A stretch of 64,000 nt of DNA from assembly GCF_017643585.1 (NCBI RefSeq), contig NZ_JAEPND010000001.1. The stretch is one strand, 5' to 3'. The translations under genes and the position numbers were made by a program. Shown one piece after another: positions 47,882 through 59,106 of the stretch (position 1 is its first letter; every line of letters starts with the position of its first letter). A model generated the notes under the pieces. The model did not search any database, was not told the DNA's origin, and saw nothing but the letters and a program-made list of their open reading frames with translations. Origin of the DNA: Maricaulis sp. Lineage in GTDB: Bacteria > Pseudomonadota > Alphaproteobacteria > Caulobacterales > Maricaulaceae.

Positions 47882-49267
47882 ATGTCGCCCGATCTCAAAC
47901 AGAAACTCAAAAAGGCCCTCGCCGGCAAAGCGGCCGTCGAGATGGGTCAGTTCCAGTTCGTGAACCTGGACGAGATTCGTTCCCAGGCCGGGGATGAGTG
48001 GCCGGAAATCCGTGACAAGACGTATGAGGTCTCTGGCCATTTCATTGAAAAACGCCTCGCCGATGACGACGTGCTCATTCGTTGCCAGGGCGGGTTCCTG
48101 ATCATTTTCTCGCAGATGGGCGGGGTCGAGGCCGAAGCTCATGTCGAGGAAATCAACGATGAGCTGAACGAGTTTTTCCTCGGAAAGGACTGGTTGGAAA
48201 AACTGCGCTCCGAAGCCGAAGCGCGGCGGGTCCCGACCGATGAATTCCTGAGCATCGTCGCTCGCACACAGGCCGAGGACAGCGTGGAAACGCGCCAGGC
48301 CCGCCCCGAACCGGAGCAGACCAAGGAAGCGGCCGAAGAAGCCGCGGCCGGCTGGGAGAAAAAGACCGAGACCACGGACGGACCCAAGGGCCCCAAGGGA
48401 GGGCGCTGGGAGAAAACAACGCACGCAAAAGCCCGATCCGGTGATGAGGGCGCGCTGGACTGGCCCGAGGAAGCCTATGAGGCGAAGGCCTGGGATGACA
48501 TCATTTTCCAGCCCGTCTGGGATAGCCGCAACAACGCCGTGCTGCACCATGTCTGCCAGGCCCGCCGATCGGTGGGTGATCGCCATGTCTACGGGCGCGA
48601 CACACTGATGGGTATCGACGAGGCCGAGGCCTTGCGCGGACTTGATCGCGAGGTCGCGCTTGCCGCGCAACGCGGATTCCAGACTGTGTTTGCCCAGGGC
48701 GGCAAGTGCGCAATCACCATTCCGGTCCACTACGAGACCTTGTCGGCCGTATCACACCGAATGGAATATTTCTCGATCCTGCAGGCCGTACCCAAACCGA
48801 TCCGGAAATATTTCCAGATCCGCGTCGACTCGGTGCCCTCGGGAGCACCCGTGACCCAGATGCAGGAAGTTTTCCGCTCGATGCGCCACTTCGGGTCCGA
48901 CATCCTCGCCGAGATCGGCTACACCACCAAATGGGACCTGACACGTTTTGAAGGGTGCGGGATCAGCGTTTTCGGCTCGGCCCTGCCCCAGACAGCAAGC
49001 TTGCGGGAACCTGACGATGATGCGGTGATGGGCTTCATGCAGCTCGTCACGCAGGCCCGGGCGCTGCAGGGCGAAGCCTTCCTGAACAATCTGGGCAATC
49101 CGGAATTGCTGAACGCCGCCATTTCAGCAGGGATACGGCTGTTTTCCGGGCCGACAATCGCGGCGGACGAAGACGAACCCCAACCGGCACGCGCGCTCGA
49201 TTTCGCCGGTATCGCCAATCGTCTGCACAAACCCGACCCGGATCCAGACATCCGTGTAATCGACTGA
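47882..49267 (+). CDS. degenerate GGDEF-like / EAL-like two-domain protein (possible c-di-GMP effector)
   Basis: N-terminal [10 protein letters not shown] sits where RxGGDEF is expected. The C-terminal half starts [23 protein letters not shown] (EAL replaced) and keeps EAL-fold spacing without catalytic residues. An acidic/Lys-rich linker joins the halves. Confidence 0.45.
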   Translation: MSPDLKQKLKKALAGKAAVEMGQFQFVNLDEIRSQAGDEWPEIRDKTYEVSGHFIEKRLADDDVLIRCQGGFLIIFSQMGGVEAEAHVEEINDELNEFFLGKDWLEKLRSEAEARRVPTDEFLSIVARTQAEDSVETRQARPEPEQTKEAAEEAAAGWEKKTETTDGPKGPKGGRWEKTTHAKARSGDEGALDWPEEAYEAKAWDDIIFQPVWDSRNNAVLHHVCQARRSVGDRHVYGRDTLMGIDEAEALRGLDREVALAAQRGFQTVFAQGGKCAITIPVHYETLSAVSHRMEYFSILQAVPKPIRKYFQIRVDSVPSGAPVTQMQEVFRSMRHFGSDILAEIGYTTKWDLTRFEGCGISVFGSALPQTASLREPDDDAVMGFMQLVTQARALQGEAFLNNLGNPELLNAAISAGIRLFSGPTIAADEDEPQPARALDFAGIANRLHKPDPDPDIRVID

Positions 49268-49380
49268 TCACATATCTTTTAAACCCTCACAGTGCTTGCC
49301 GTTGCGCTGTGGGCAACCAGTGTTATAAGGCGGACTCCACCTGGATTTCCTCCGCTGATTCCTCCCGCGAGGCCCATTAC

Positions 49381-50580
49381 ATGAATATCCACGAGCATCA
49401 GGCTAAAGCTGTCCTGAAATCCTTCGGCGCGCCCGTCGCAGAAGGCGTTGCCATTTTCTCTGCAGACGACGCAGCCGCCGCTGCGGATCAACTTCCCGGC
49501 CCGCTTTGGGTGGTGAAGTCCCAGATCCATGCCGGCGGTCGCGGCAAGGGCCAGTTCAAGGAACTTGGTCCCGACGCCAAGGGCGGTGTCCGCCTCGCCT
49601 TTTCCAAGGACGAGGTCATTTCCCACGCCAAGGAAATGCTGGGCAATACACTGGTCACACACCAGACCGGCCCGGACGGCAAACAGGTCAACCGCCTCTA
49701 TATCGAGGACGGTGCTGACATCGAGACCGAGCTCTATTGCTCGCTGCTCGTCAATCGCGAAACCGGCCGCGTTTCCTTTGTCGTCTCCACCGAGGGCGGC
49801 ATGGACATCGAGGCGGTCGCCGAAGAGACCCCGGAGAAAATCCACACGATCGATATCGATCCGGAAACCGGCGTAACCCCGGCTGATGCGGCCAAGATCG
49901 CCGACGCTTTCGAGCTGTCCGGCACGGCACGCGACGACATGCTGTCGCTGGCCGGCATCCTCTACAAGGCCTTCACCGAGAAGGACATGGCCCTTTTGGA
50001 AGTGAACCCGCTGATCGTCATGAAAGACGGCCATATGCGTGTTCTCGACGCCAAGGTCTCCTTCGACGGCAATGCTCTCTTCCGCCATGACGACATCATG
50101 GAACTGCGCGACGAGACCGAGGAAGACGCCAAGGAAATCGAAGCGTCCAAATACGACCTCGCCTATGTCGCGCTGGACGGCAATATCGGCTGTATGGTCA
50201 ATGGCGCTGGCCTGGCCATGGCGACGATGGACATCATCAAGCTGTACGGTGCCGAGCCGGCCAACTTCCTCGATGTGGGTGGTGGCGCGACCAAGGAAAA
50301 AGTCACCGCAGCCTTCAAGATCATCACCGCTGACGAGAACGTCAAAGGCATTCTGGTCAATATCTTCGGCGGCATCATGCGCTGTGACATCATCGCCGAA
50401 GGCGTGGTTGCCGCGGTGAAAGAGGTCGGCCTCCAGGTCCCGCTGGTGGTTCGCCTGGAAGGCACCAATGTCCAGCTGGGCAAGGACATCATCAATAATT
50501 CCGGCCTCAACGTGATCGCTGCTGACGATCTCGATGATGCCGCACAGAAGATCGTCGCCGCTGTGAAGGGGGCTGAATAA
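49381..50580 (+). CDS. sucC: succinyl-CoA ligase (ADP-forming) beta subunit
   Basis: [17 protein letters not shown]-terminus, ATP-grasp domain, 399 aa. Confidence 0.97.
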   Translation: MNIHEHQAKAVLKSFGAPVAEGVAIFSADDAAAAADQLPGPLWVVKSQIHAGGRGKGQFKELGPDAKGGVRLAFSKDEVISHAKEMLGNTLVTHQTGPDGKQVNRLYIEDGADIETELYCSLLVNRETGRVSFVVSTEGGMDIEAVAEETPEKIHTIDIDPETGVTPADAAKIADAFELSGTARDDMLSLAGILYKAFTEKDMALLEVNPLIVMKDGHMRVLDAKVSFDGNALFRHDDIMELRDETEEDAKEIEASKYDLAYVALDGNIGCMVNGAGLAMATMDIIKLYGAEPANFLDVGGGATKEKVTAAFKIITADENVKGILVNIFGGIMRCDIIAEGVVAAVKEVGLQVPLVVRLEGTNVQLGKDIINNSGLNVIAADDLDDAAQKIVAAVKGAE

Positions 50581-51488
50581 TGTCTGTGATCGTCAATAAA
50601 GACACCAAGATCATCGTTCAGGGCCTGACCGGTAAAACCGGCACCTTCCACACGGAACAGGCGCTGGAATATTTCGGCACCAAGATGGTCGCCGGCGTAC
50701 ACCCGAAAAAGGGCGGCACGACCTGGTCATCCGGTCTGGAAAGCTCGGCTGAGCTGCCGATCTATACCTCGGTGGGTGAGGCAAAAGACGCCACCGGCGC
50801 CGACGCGTCCGTGATCTATGTCCCGCCGGCAGGCGCGGGCGCGGCGATCATCGAGGCTATCGATGCCGAAATCCCGTTCATCGTCTGCATCACGGAAGGC
50901 ATTCCGGTCATGGACATGGTCAAGGTGAAGGCCAAGCTGGAAAAATCCAGCTCCATGCTGCTGGGCCCGAACTGCCCGGGCATCCTGACGCCGGAAGAGT
51001 GCAAGATCGGCATCATGCCGGGCTCCATCTTCAAGAAGGGCTCTGTTGGCGTGGTCTCGCGCTCCGGCACGTTGACCTATGAAGCGGTTTACCAGACCTC
51101 CCAGGTTGGCCTCGGCCAGACCACCGCGGTCGGTATCGGCGGTGACCCGGTCAAGGGCACGGAATTCATCGACGTGCTGGAGAAATTCCTCGCCGACGAC
51201 GAGACCGAGTCCATCATCATGATCGGTGAGATCGGCGGTTCTGCCGAGGAAGACGCCGCACAATTCCTGGCTGACGAAGCCAAGAAGGGCCGCTCCAAGC
51301 CGACCGTCGGCTTCATCGCCGGCCGCACGGCACCTCCGGGCCGCACGATGGGCCATGCCGGCGCCATCGTCTCCGGCGGCAAGGGCGGCGCAGAAGACAA
51401 GATCGCAGCCATGGAAGCCGCGGGCATCCGCGTCTCCCCGTCTCCGGCACGCCTCGGCGTCACGCTGGAAGAACTGCTCAAGGGCTAA
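50580..51488 (+). CDS. sucD: succinyl-CoA ligase alpha subunit
   Basis: [19 protein letters not shown] and phospho-His loop MGHAGAI. The start overlaps the sucC stop (TAATG). Confidence 0.97.
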   Translation: MSVIVNKDTKIIVQGLTGKTGTFHTEQALEYFGTKMVAGVHPKKGGTTWSSGLESSAELPIYTSVGEAKDATGADASVIYVPPAGAGAAIIEAIDAEIPFIVCITEGIPVMDMVKVKAKLEKSSSMLLGPNCPGILTPEECKIGIMPGSIFKKGSVGVVSRSGTLTYEAVYQTSQVGLGQTTAVGIGGDPVKGTEFIDVLEKFLADDETESIIMIGEIGGSAEEDAAQFLADEAKKGRSKPTVGFIAGRTAPPGRTMGHAGAIVSGGKGGAEDKIAAMEAAGIRVSPSPARLGVTLEELLKG

Positions 51489-51510
51489 GGGTCGTTCCAG
51501 ACCTGATTGA

Positions 51511-51548
51511 AAAGCCGCGCTCCGGGAGATCGGGGCGCGGTTTTTTTT
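51511..51548 (+). terminator. Rho-independent terminator after sucD
   Basis: 10-bp stem CCGCGCTCCG (51515-51524) / CGGGGCGCGG (51531-51540, one G-U) with loop GGAGAT, followed by T8 (51541-51548). Confidence 0.85.
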
Positions 51549-51602
51549 GTTGTGAATCAACTAAACATTGCCTTGTCTGGGGTGCCCGCTTACCGAGAAC
51601 AG

Positions 51603-52073
51603 ATGATCGCACGCATTGTTTCCTTTCTCGATGACTATGGCGAACTCGCATTTGACTCCCTGGTCTGGTTCGTTTGGCTGAACTCGATGAGCGGAGTTTC
51701 GCTTATTGGCTTCGTTATTCTTCTACTGGTCGGTGCTGTTGGACCTATGCGGCGAGGTCGGGTGGTTTCACTACTTTTCGGCGCTGTCGCCGTCATCATT
51801 CTCGCGGCGCTGGTTCAGCCTCTTTCCGTTTTGATTGCCGAGACCCGCAATCTGGGCTTCGTTCCGATGCCCCCGCATACGCCGTGGATAGAAATACTTC
51901 CGTGGAAGCTGCCGGTCCTACTCATTTGGCTGGCCCTTGTTCTCAAACTCGTCCGTGACTACACGGCGAGGCTGGGCCGGGGGTGGGCACGCATAGCCTG
52001 GCTTGGATGGGTGCTGTTGGCCGGCGGTGTTGCCGCCTATTTCGTGCGGATAAATTCCTGGCTCTACATCTGA
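51603..52073 (+). CDS. hypothetical membrane protein inserted between sucD and sucA
   Basis: 156 aa with 4-5 TM helices. The surroundings are visibly more AT-rich than the suc genes. No family recognised. Confidence 0.45.
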   Translation: MIARIVSFLDDYGELAFDSLVWFVWLNSMSGVSLIGFVILLLVGAVGPMRRGRVVSLLFGAVAVIILAALVQPLSVLIAETRNLGFVPMPPHTPWIEILPWKLPVLLIWLALVLKLVRDYTARLGRGWARIAWLGWVLLAGGVAAYFVRINSWLYI

Positions 52074-52251
52074 TCGAGTTTTAATTTCGGAGCTCAGCTT
52101 TAAAAAGCTTTTTCGATTATGCAATGTCACCTTCTTGTCAGCAGACCGGCGCGCAAACCTTCTGTTTGTTGCAAAAGGGGCATATCTCCTTTTTTAACAA
52201 TATGGGCTTTCGCCCACTCCAGACACCCTCCTGACTCAGGTCTTCCCCCCA

Positions 52252-55236
52252 ATGTCTGACAACAACCGATCTTCCGAAAACCAGGCATTCCTGGACACGT
52301 CATTCCTGCAGGGCGCCAACGCGCTCTATCTCGAACAGATGGCCGCCGCCTACTCCAAGGACCCGTTCTCGGTTCCGGAAAGCTGGCGCAATTTCTTCGC
52401 GGCCATGGGCGATGCACCTGCCGAGACTGCACATGCAGCCACCGGCCCGGCCTGGAAACGCTCCGACTGGCCGCGCGAGGCCAATGGCGAGATGGTCAGC
52501 GCGCTGGGCGATATCGGCCCGGACGAAGCGGCCATGGTCGACAAGGTCGCCGCTCACGTCGAGAAAACGAAGCCGGAAGCAGCGCCCGAAGATGTTCGCG
52601 CTGCCACCCAGGCCTCGATCCGCGCCATCATGATGATCCGCGCCTATCGCATGCGCGGCCACCTGGCCGCGGACATGGACCCGCTCGGCCTGACCGATTT
52701 CGGCCCGCAGCCGGAACTGGACCCGGCCACCTATGGCTTTGCCGGTGCGGCCCTGGACGAAGACGTCTTCATTGACGGCTATCTGGGTCTGGAAACGGCG
52801 ACGCCGCGCCAGATGCTGGATATTCTCAAGCGCACCTATTGCGGACCGGTGGGCGTGGAGTTCATGCATATCTCCAATCCGCAGGAGAAAGCCTGGCTGC
52901 AGGAACGCTTCGAGGGCCCGGACAAGGACATTTCCTTTACCGCCGAAGGCAAGAAGGCGATCCTGTCCAAGCTGATCGAGACCGAGCGTTTCGAGCAATT
53001 CCTGCACAAGCGCTATCCGGGCACCAAGCGATTTGGAGCCGACGGTGCCGAAGCCATGGTTCCGGCGCTGGAACAGGTTATCAAGCGCGGTGGCGCGATG
53101 GGTGTCGAGGACATCATCATTGGCATGCCGCACCGTGGTCGTCTGAACATTCTCGCTGCCGTGATGGGCAAGCCGTACCACCAGATTTTCCATGAATTCC
53201 AGGGTGGCAATACCCAGGGCGAGGACGAGTTCGGTTCCGGCGATGTGAAATATCACCTGGGCGCCTCTTCCGACCGAGAATTTGATGGCAATACCGTTCA
53301 CCTGTCGCTGACCGCCAACCCGTCTCACCTGGAGGCCGTCGATCCGGTTGTCCTGGGCAAGGCGCGCGCCAAGCAGGAAGAGAATTGCCGCAAGGAACCG
53401 GGCACACCGCGCATGAATGTTCTGCCGCTTTTGCTGCATGGCGATGCGGCCTTTGCCGGCCAGGGCATCGTGACCGAATGTCTGGGCCTGTCCGGACTGC
53501 GCGGACACAAGACGGGTGGCGCCATCCACTTCATCGTCAACAACCAGATCGGTTTCACAACCGATCCCAAGGACAGTCGCTCCAGCCCCTATCCGTCCGA
53601 TGTGGCGTTGATGGTGCAGGCGCCGATTTTCCACGTGAACGGAGACGATCCGGAAGCCGTGGTCCACGCGACCAAGATCGCCACGGAATATCGCCAGCTG
53701 TTCGGCAAGGACGTGGTCATCGACATGATCTGTTATCGCCGCTACGGCCATAACGAAGGCGATGATCCGACATTCACCCAGCCGATCATGTACCGGATCA
53801 TCAAGGACCTGCCGCCGGTCAAGAAGAAGTATCAGGACCGCCTTATCGCCGAGGGCACCATCAGCGCTGCGGAAGCAGAAGCGATGGAAAACGAGTTTGA
53901 TACCTTCCTCGACAGGGAATTCGAGGCCGGCAAGGAATTCGAACCCAAGAGCGCGGACTGGCTGGATGGTCGCTGGTCGGGCCTGGGCCTGCCGGAAGGT
54001 GATGACCGCCGCGGCGAGACCAGTGCCACGACCGAGAGCCTCACCGCCGTTGGCATGGCCATGACCGAGATCCCGGACGGCGTGAATATCCACCGCACGC
54101 TCAAGCGCGTCATCGATAATCGTCGCAAGATGATCGAGACCGGCAAGGGGATTGACTGGGCCACGGCCGAACACCTCGCCTTTGGCACGCTTGTCACCGA
54201 GGGCTTCCCGGTGCGCCTGTCGGGCCAGGATTGTGGTCGCGGGACGTTCTCGCAGCGCCATTCCCACATCATCGATCAGCAGACCGAAGAGCGCTACACG
54301 CCGCTCAACCATCTGGCGGAAGATCAGAAGAAGTATGAAGTCATCGACTCCATGCTGTCCGAGGAAGCCGTGCTCGGTTTCGAGTATGGCTACTCGCTGT
54401 CTGCTCCGAACACGCTGACCATGTGGGAGGCACAATTTGGTGACTTCACCAATGGCGCCCAGGTCATCATCGACCAGTTCATTTCCTCCGGTGAGCGCAA
54501 ATGGCTGCGCATGTCCGGCCTGGTGATGCTGTTGCCGCATGGCTATGAGGGTCAGGGACCGGAACACTCCTCCGCGCGCCCGGAGCGCTTCCTGCAGCTG
54601 TGTGCCGAAGACAATATGCAGGTCGCGAACTGTTCGACCCCGGCCAATTACTTCCACATCCTGCGTCGTCAGATTCACCGCAATTTCCGCAAGCCGCTCG
54701 TCATCATGACGCCGAAGAGCCTGCTGCGTCACAAGCGCTGCGTCTCTTCGCTCAAGGCCATGGGGCCGGGCTCTACCTTCCACCGCGTGCTGTGGGATGA
54801 TGCGGATCCGGTGAAGAAGAACCAGGGCGAAATCTCGCACACCGAGATGACGCTGAAGCCGGATGACCAGATCCGCCGCGTCGTCCTGTGTACGGGCAAG
54901 GTCTATTACGACCTGCTCGAGCGCCGCGAGGAAAACGGCGTCGACGACGTCTACATCCTGCGCACCGAACAGCTCTACCCGTTCCCGTTCAAGGCGCTGC
55001 TGGAAGAAATGGCGCGTTTCCCGAACGCGGAAGTCGTCTGGTGCCAGGAAGAGCCCCGCAATATGGGCTACTGGACCTTCATGGAGCCGAATATCGAATT
55101 CGTGCTGACCAAGGTCGCCGGCGAAACCAAGCGCCCGTCCTATGTCGGCCGGCCGCCGACCGCATCAACCGCCACCGGCATCGCCTCGAAACACAAAGAA
55201 CAGCAAGACGCGCTCGTCGAAGAAGCGCTGTCCTAA
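52252..55236 (+). CDS. sucA: 2-oxoglutarate dehydrogenase E1 component
   Basis: 994 aa, collinear with SucA: LYLEQM N-terminus, ThDP region GDAAFAGQG...NNQIGFTT and HGYEGQGPEHSS. Confidence 0.97.
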   Translation: MSDNNRSSENQAFLDTSFLQGANALYLEQMAAAYSKDPFSVPESWRNFFAAMGDAPAETAHAATGPAWKRSDWPREANGEMVSALGDIGPDEAAMVDKVAAHVEKTKPEAAPEDVRAATQASIRAIMMIRAYRMRGHLAADMDPLGLTDFGPQPELDPATYGFAGAALDEDVFIDGYLGLETATPRQMLDILKRTYCGPVGVEFMHISNPQEKAWLQERFEGPDKDISFTAEGKKAILSKLIETERFEQFLHKRYPGTKRFGADGAEAMVPALEQVIKRGGAMGVEDIIIGMPHRGRLNILAAVMGKPYHQIFHEFQGGNTQGEDEFGSGDVKYHLGASSDREFDGNTVHLSLTANPSHLEAVDPVVLGKARAKQEENCRKEPGTPRMNVLPLLLHGDAAFAGQGIVTECLGLSGLRGHKTGGAIHFIVNNQIGFTTDPKDSRSSPYPSDVALMVQAPIFHVNGDDPEAVVHATKIATEYRQLFGKDVVIDMICYRRYGHNEGDDPTFTQPIMYRIIKDLPPVKKKYQDRLIAEGTISAAEAEAMENEFDTFLDREFEAGKEFEPKSADWLDGRWSGLGLPEGDDRRGETSATTESLTAVGMAMTEIPDGVNIHRTLKRVIDNRRKMIETGKGIDWATAEHLAFGTLVTEGFPVRLSGQDCGRGTFSQRHSHIIDQQTEERYTPLNHLAEDQKKYEVIDSMLSEEAVLGFEYGYSLSAPNTLTMWEAQFGDFTNGAQVIIDQFISSGERKWLRMSGLVMLLPHGYEGQGPEHSSARPERFLQLCAEDNMQVANCSTPANYFHILRRQIHRNFRKPLVIMTPKSLLRHKRCVSSLKAMGPGSTFHRVLWDDADPVKKNQGEISHTEMTLKPDDQIRRVVLCTGKVYYDLLERREENGVDDVYILRTEQLYPFPFKALLEEMARFPNAEVVWCQEEPRNMGYWTFMEPNIEFVLTKVAGETKRPSYVGRPPTASTATGIASKHKEQQDALVEEALS

Positions 55237-55266
55237 CGCCCGAAGATCAACAGGAAAAATATACTC

Positions 55267-56814
55267 ATGACCGACATCATCGTTCCCGTACTCGGTGAGT
55301 CCGTAACCGAAGCCACCGTTGGCGGCTGGATGGTCAAGGCTGGCGACAGCGTCTCCAAGGATGACGTTCTGGTCGAGCTTGAAACCGACAAGGTTGCCGT
55401 GGAAGTCCGCGCCGAAGCAGACGGCGTCATCACGGCCATCGTGGCCGAGGAAGGCGACACCGTCGAGATTGGCGCCAAGCTGGCCGAGATGGGCGGCGCT
55501 GGCGCCGCTGCAGCCGAGGCTCCGGCCGCGGAAGCCCCGGCACCGGCAGCACAGGGCGCAGCTCCGGCCGCTGCTCCGTCAGGAGCCGTGACGGATGCGA
55601 CGGTGCCGCAGATGGGCGAGAGCGTGACCGAAGGCACGATCGGCAGCTGGCTCGTCGGTGTCGGTGACACGGTCGAGGTCGACCAGGCGCTGGTTGAAAT
55701 CGAGACCGACAAGGTCGCCGTTGAAGTTCCGTCTCCGGTCGCCGGCACAGTCACCGAGCTGCTGGTCGGTGAGGGTGACAGCGTTGCTCCGGGTGACGCG
55801 GTCGCTCGCATTTCCGAAGGGGCTGGCGCAGCGGCGCCCGCTTCTGCACCCGCCGGTGCATCGCCGGACACGGCGTCGGCCTCGACGGGGGGTATCGCCA
55901 TGCCATCTGCCGCGCGCATCATCGAGGAGAATAACCTGGATGCGGGCGCCATCGCCGGCACCGGCAAGGATGGCCGCATCACCAAGGCAGATGCCAAAGC
56001 GGCTGCCGACGCGCCTGCTCCTGTCGCGGCCAAGTCCACGGCAGCACCGGCGGCATTGCCGGTGACAAGCGCCCCGACCCCGTCTGCCGCTCCTGCCGCA
56101 CCGCGTGAAACCGGTCCGCGCGAGGAACGTGTCCGCATGACACGTCTGCGCCAGACGATCGCCAAGCGCCTGAAGGATGCACAGAATTCCGCAGCGATCC
56201 TGACGACTTACAACGAAGCCGACATGTCCGCGATCATGAAGGCGCGCAAGGCACACCAGGAAGCCTTCGTGGCCAAGCACGGTGTGAAGCTCGGCTTCAT
56301 GTCCTTCTTCGTAAAGGCCTGCGTCAACGCGCTGAAAGAGATCCCGGCCGTCAATGCCGAGATCGATGGCACGGACATCATCTACAAGAACTATTATGAC
56401 ATGGGCGTTGCCGTTGGCACGGACCGTGGCCTCGTGGTTCCAGTCGTGCGCGATGCCGACCAGATGTCACTCGCAGACATCGAGAAGGAGATTATCTCCC
56501 TCGGCAAGAAGGCCCGCGACGGCAAGCTGACCATCGAGGACATGCAGGGCGCCACATTCACCCTGTCCAATGGCGGCGTCTATGGATCCCTGATGTCCAT
56601 GCCAATCCTCAATGCGCCACAATCCGGCATTCTGGGCATGCACAAGATCCAGGAACGTCCGGTCGCTGAAAACGGCCAGGTCGTCATCAAGCCGATGATG
56701 TATCTCGCCCTGTCCTATGATCACCGCATCGTCGACGGCAAGGAAGCCGTGACCTTCCTCGTACGCGTCAAGGAAAACCTCGAAGATCCGCAGCGCATGC
56801 TGTTTGATCTCTAG
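55267..56814 (+). CDS. sucB: dihydrolipoyllysine-residue succinyltransferase (E2o) with two lipoyl domains
   Basis: Two lipoyl domains ([11 protein letters not shown] with K42, [11 protein letters not shown] with K149), Ala/Pro linkers, an E3-binding domain [12 protein letters not shown], and a catalytic domain with DHRIVDG. Confidence 0.95.
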   Translation: MTDIIVPVLGESVTEATVGGWMVKAGDSVSKDDVLVELETDKVAVEVRAEADGVITAIVAEEGDTVEIGAKLAEMGGAGAAAAEAPAAEAPAPAAQGAAPAAAPSGAVTDATVPQMGESVTEGTIGSWLVGVGDTVEVDQALVEIETDKVAVEVPSPVAGTVTELLVGEGDSVAPGDAVARISEGAGAAAPASAPAGASPDTASASTGGIAMPSAARIIEENNLDAGAIAGTGKDGRITKADAKAAADAPAPVAAKSTAAPAALPVTSAPTPSAAPAAPRETGPREERVRMTRLRQTIAKRLKDAQNSAAILTTYNEADMSAIMKARKAHQEAFVAKHGVKLGFMSFFVKACVNALKEIPAVNAEIDGTDIIYKNYYDMGVAVGTDRGLVVPVVRDADQMSLADIEKEIISLGKKARDGKLTIEDMQGATFTLSNGGVYGSLMSMPILNAPQSGILGMHKIQERPVAENGQVVIKPMMYLALSYDHRIVDGKEAVTFLVRVKENLEDPQRMLFDL

Positions 56815-56986
56815 CGCTCGCGCACAGGGATGCCTGAGCTCGGCCAGCCTGCGCTGGCCGAGACCGTCAGCGCCCCTCGAGAGAACGGCGTTCAAGACGG
56901 CGGCGCCTTTTACCTGGTGACCACTACGTTGGCGAAATCTCGCTAAGGGCTTTGTATCGACCTCTGAATATGTTTATGCTGGCCTC

Positions 56987-57427
56987 ATGGTCGTGCTCGG
57001 TAAGACCCTGACTCTACGCTGGTTCATGCTTCTCGCAATCGCGGGTTGGGCATCCGTGCAAGCAACGTCTGCCATTACGATTTTTCTCGTAATGTTAGGA
57101 CAGGGCACAACCATCGGGCTGGACCCGAACAGGATCGTCGTCCTGACCGCCCTGCACACCTGGGAAATCGCCGCCGCCTATATCAATGCTGCAGCCTACT
57201 GGGCCGCTGTCATCGGTCTCTATCTGCGTCGCAAATGGGCCTTCTATGCGTATGGCGTTGCCGTCTTCGTGGATCTCGCTGTGTGGCTCTCCTATTCGGC
57301 CGACCCGTCCTATGACCAGATTGCCGGAGGGCAGAATGTCTGGCTCGATTGGCTAGTCAATATCGCCCTTCTGTCGGGCATTCTGGGCTTCATCTTCCTG
57401 CACGGTCGCAAACCGCAGCGCTGGTAG
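56987..57427 (+). CDS. hypothetical membrane protein between sucB and lpdA
   Basis: 146 aa, 4 TM helices, no family recognised. Confidence 0.45.
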   Translation: MVVLGKTLTLRWFMLLAIAGWASVQATSAITIFLVMLGQGTTIGLDPNRIVVLTALHTWEIAAAYINAAAYWAAVIGLYLRRKWAFYAYGVAVFVDLAVWLSYSADPSYDQIAGGQNVWLDWLVNIALLSGILGFIFLHGRKPQRW

Positions 57428-57530
57428 CGCAATCCCGCCTTGCACAGCTGGGACATATTGGCCCTTACCTTGTCTTCATATCCCGGGCATATAGGGGGCT
57501 GGTCTTTCCTTCCCCAATCATGAGGCAAAC

Positions 57531-58937
57531 ATGTCGGATAGCTTTGATGTCGTCATCATCGGTGGTGGCCCCGGCGGATATAATTGCGCCATTCGCGCTG
57601 GGCAGCTGGGCCTCAAGGTGGCCTGTGTTGAAATGCGCGGCACCCTGGGTGGCACCTGCCTCAATGTCGGCTGCATCCCGTCCAAGGCCCTCCTGCATGC
57701 ATCTGAACTGTATGAGGCGGCCAATACCGAGTTTGCCAAGATGGGGATCAAGACCTCTGGCGTGGAGGTCGACCTTCCGACCATGCTGTCCCAGAAGGAC
57801 GAGGCCGTCGACGGACTGACAAAAGGCGTAGAATTCCTCTTCAAGAAGAATGGCGTCGAATACATCAAGGGCAAGGGGCGTATTGCCGGCGCTGGCCAGG
57901 TCGATGTCGACCTTGCAGACGGCGGCAGCCAGTCGCTCAGCGCCAAACATATCGTCATCGCCACCGGCTCCGAGGTGACCCCGCTTCCGGGTGTCGACAT
58001 CGATGAAAAACGCGTTGTGTCATCCACTGGCGCGCTCTCTCTCGAAAAAATCCCGGGCAAGCTCATCCTCATCGGCGCCGGCGTGATCGGCCTCGAGCTC
58101 GGCTCGGTCTGGCGGCGTCTGGGCGCTGAAGTCACCGTGGTGGAGTATCTCGACCGTATCCTTCCTGGAATGGATAGCGAGCTGGCCAAGACCGCTCAGC
58201 GCACGCTCAAGAAACAGGGCATGGAGTTCAAGCTTGGCACCAAGGTCACCGGTATCGACAACTCTGATCCGGATACGCTGAAAGTTTCCATCGAGCCCGC
58301 TGCAGGTGGCGATGCAGAAACGATCGAGGCCGACACTGTGCTCGTTTGCATCGGCCGCCGTCCCTACACTGAGGGGCTGGGGCTGGAAAGCGTTGGCATC
58401 GAACCGGATGCCCGCGGCTTCATCTCCAACAGCCACTTCCAGACGTCAGCGGAAAACGTCTGGGTCATTGGTGATTGCACGCATGGTCCCATGCTTGCCC
58501 ACAAGGCCGAGGATGAAGGCGTGGCCTGTGCCGAGCGCATCGCCGGCAAGGCCGGGCATGTCAATTACGGCGTTATTCCCGGCGTGGTCTATACCGCGCC
58601 CGAGATTGCATCCGTTGGACTGACAGAGGACGAACTCAAGGAGAGCGGCCGGAAATACAAAAAGGGGAAATTCCCCTTCCAGGCGAATTCCCGCGCGCGC
58701 ACCAATCACACGACAGACGGCTTCGTGAAGATCCTGGCAGACGCCGAGACGGATGAAATTCTCGGCGCCCACATGATCGGGGCAAATGTCGGCGAGATGA
58801 TCGGCGAGGTTTGTGTGGCCATGGAGTTCCGGGCAGCGTCTGAAGATCTGGCGCGAACCTGTCATCCGCATCCGACTTTGACTGAGGCCGTTCGCCAGGC
58901 CGCCATGGGTGTCGAAGGCTGGACGATGCAGGCCTAA
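57531..58937 (+). CDS. lpdA: dihydrolipoyl dehydrogenase (E3)
   Basis: FAD motif [11 protein letters not shown], redox disulfide [13 protein letters not shown] and a C-terminal HAHPTLTEA interface motif. Confidence 0.97.
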   Translation: MSDSFDVVIIGGGPGGYNCAIRAGQLGLKVACVEMRGTLGGTCLNVGCIPSKALLHASELYEAANTEFAKMGIKTSGVEVDLPTMLSQKDEAVDGLTKGVEFLFKKNGVEYIKGKGRIAGAGQVDVDLADGGSQSLSAKHIVIATGSEVTPLPGVDIDEKRVVSSTGALSLEKIPGKLILIGAGVIGLELGSVWRRLGAEVTVVEYLDRILPGMDSELAKTAQRTLKKQGMEFKLGTKVTGIDNSDPDTLKVSIEPAAGGDAETIEADTVLVCIGRRPYTEGLGLESVGIEPDARGFISNSHFQTSAENVWVIGDCTHGPMLAHKAEDEGVACAERIAGKAGHVNYGVIPGVVYTAPEIASVGLTEDELKESGRKYKKGKFPFQANSRARTNHTTDGFVKILADAETDEILGAHMIGANVGEMIGEVCVAMEFRAASEDLARTCHPHPTLTEAVRQAAMGVEGWTMQA

Positions 58938-59106
58938 CGTCGTCCACAAAGCCTGCCTGTGGCGTCCTGTGTTCACAGGCAAAATCGAGAAAATTCGATT
59001 GTGACACGAAATTGAGCGGACAAGCCGTGCCGGATCGGGCATATAGCTGATCCGGTGAGTGCCCGGCGCGGGCACCCTCGGCTTTGGGGGCCACAGGACC
59101 GGTATT

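Noticed and set aside
52300-54840. 846-aa ORF on the minus strand
   Set aside because: It lies entirely antisense to sucA, whose product is unmistakable. Its translation is Arg/Ala/Gly-rich with no motifs, which is the usual long shadow ORF of a high-GC gene.
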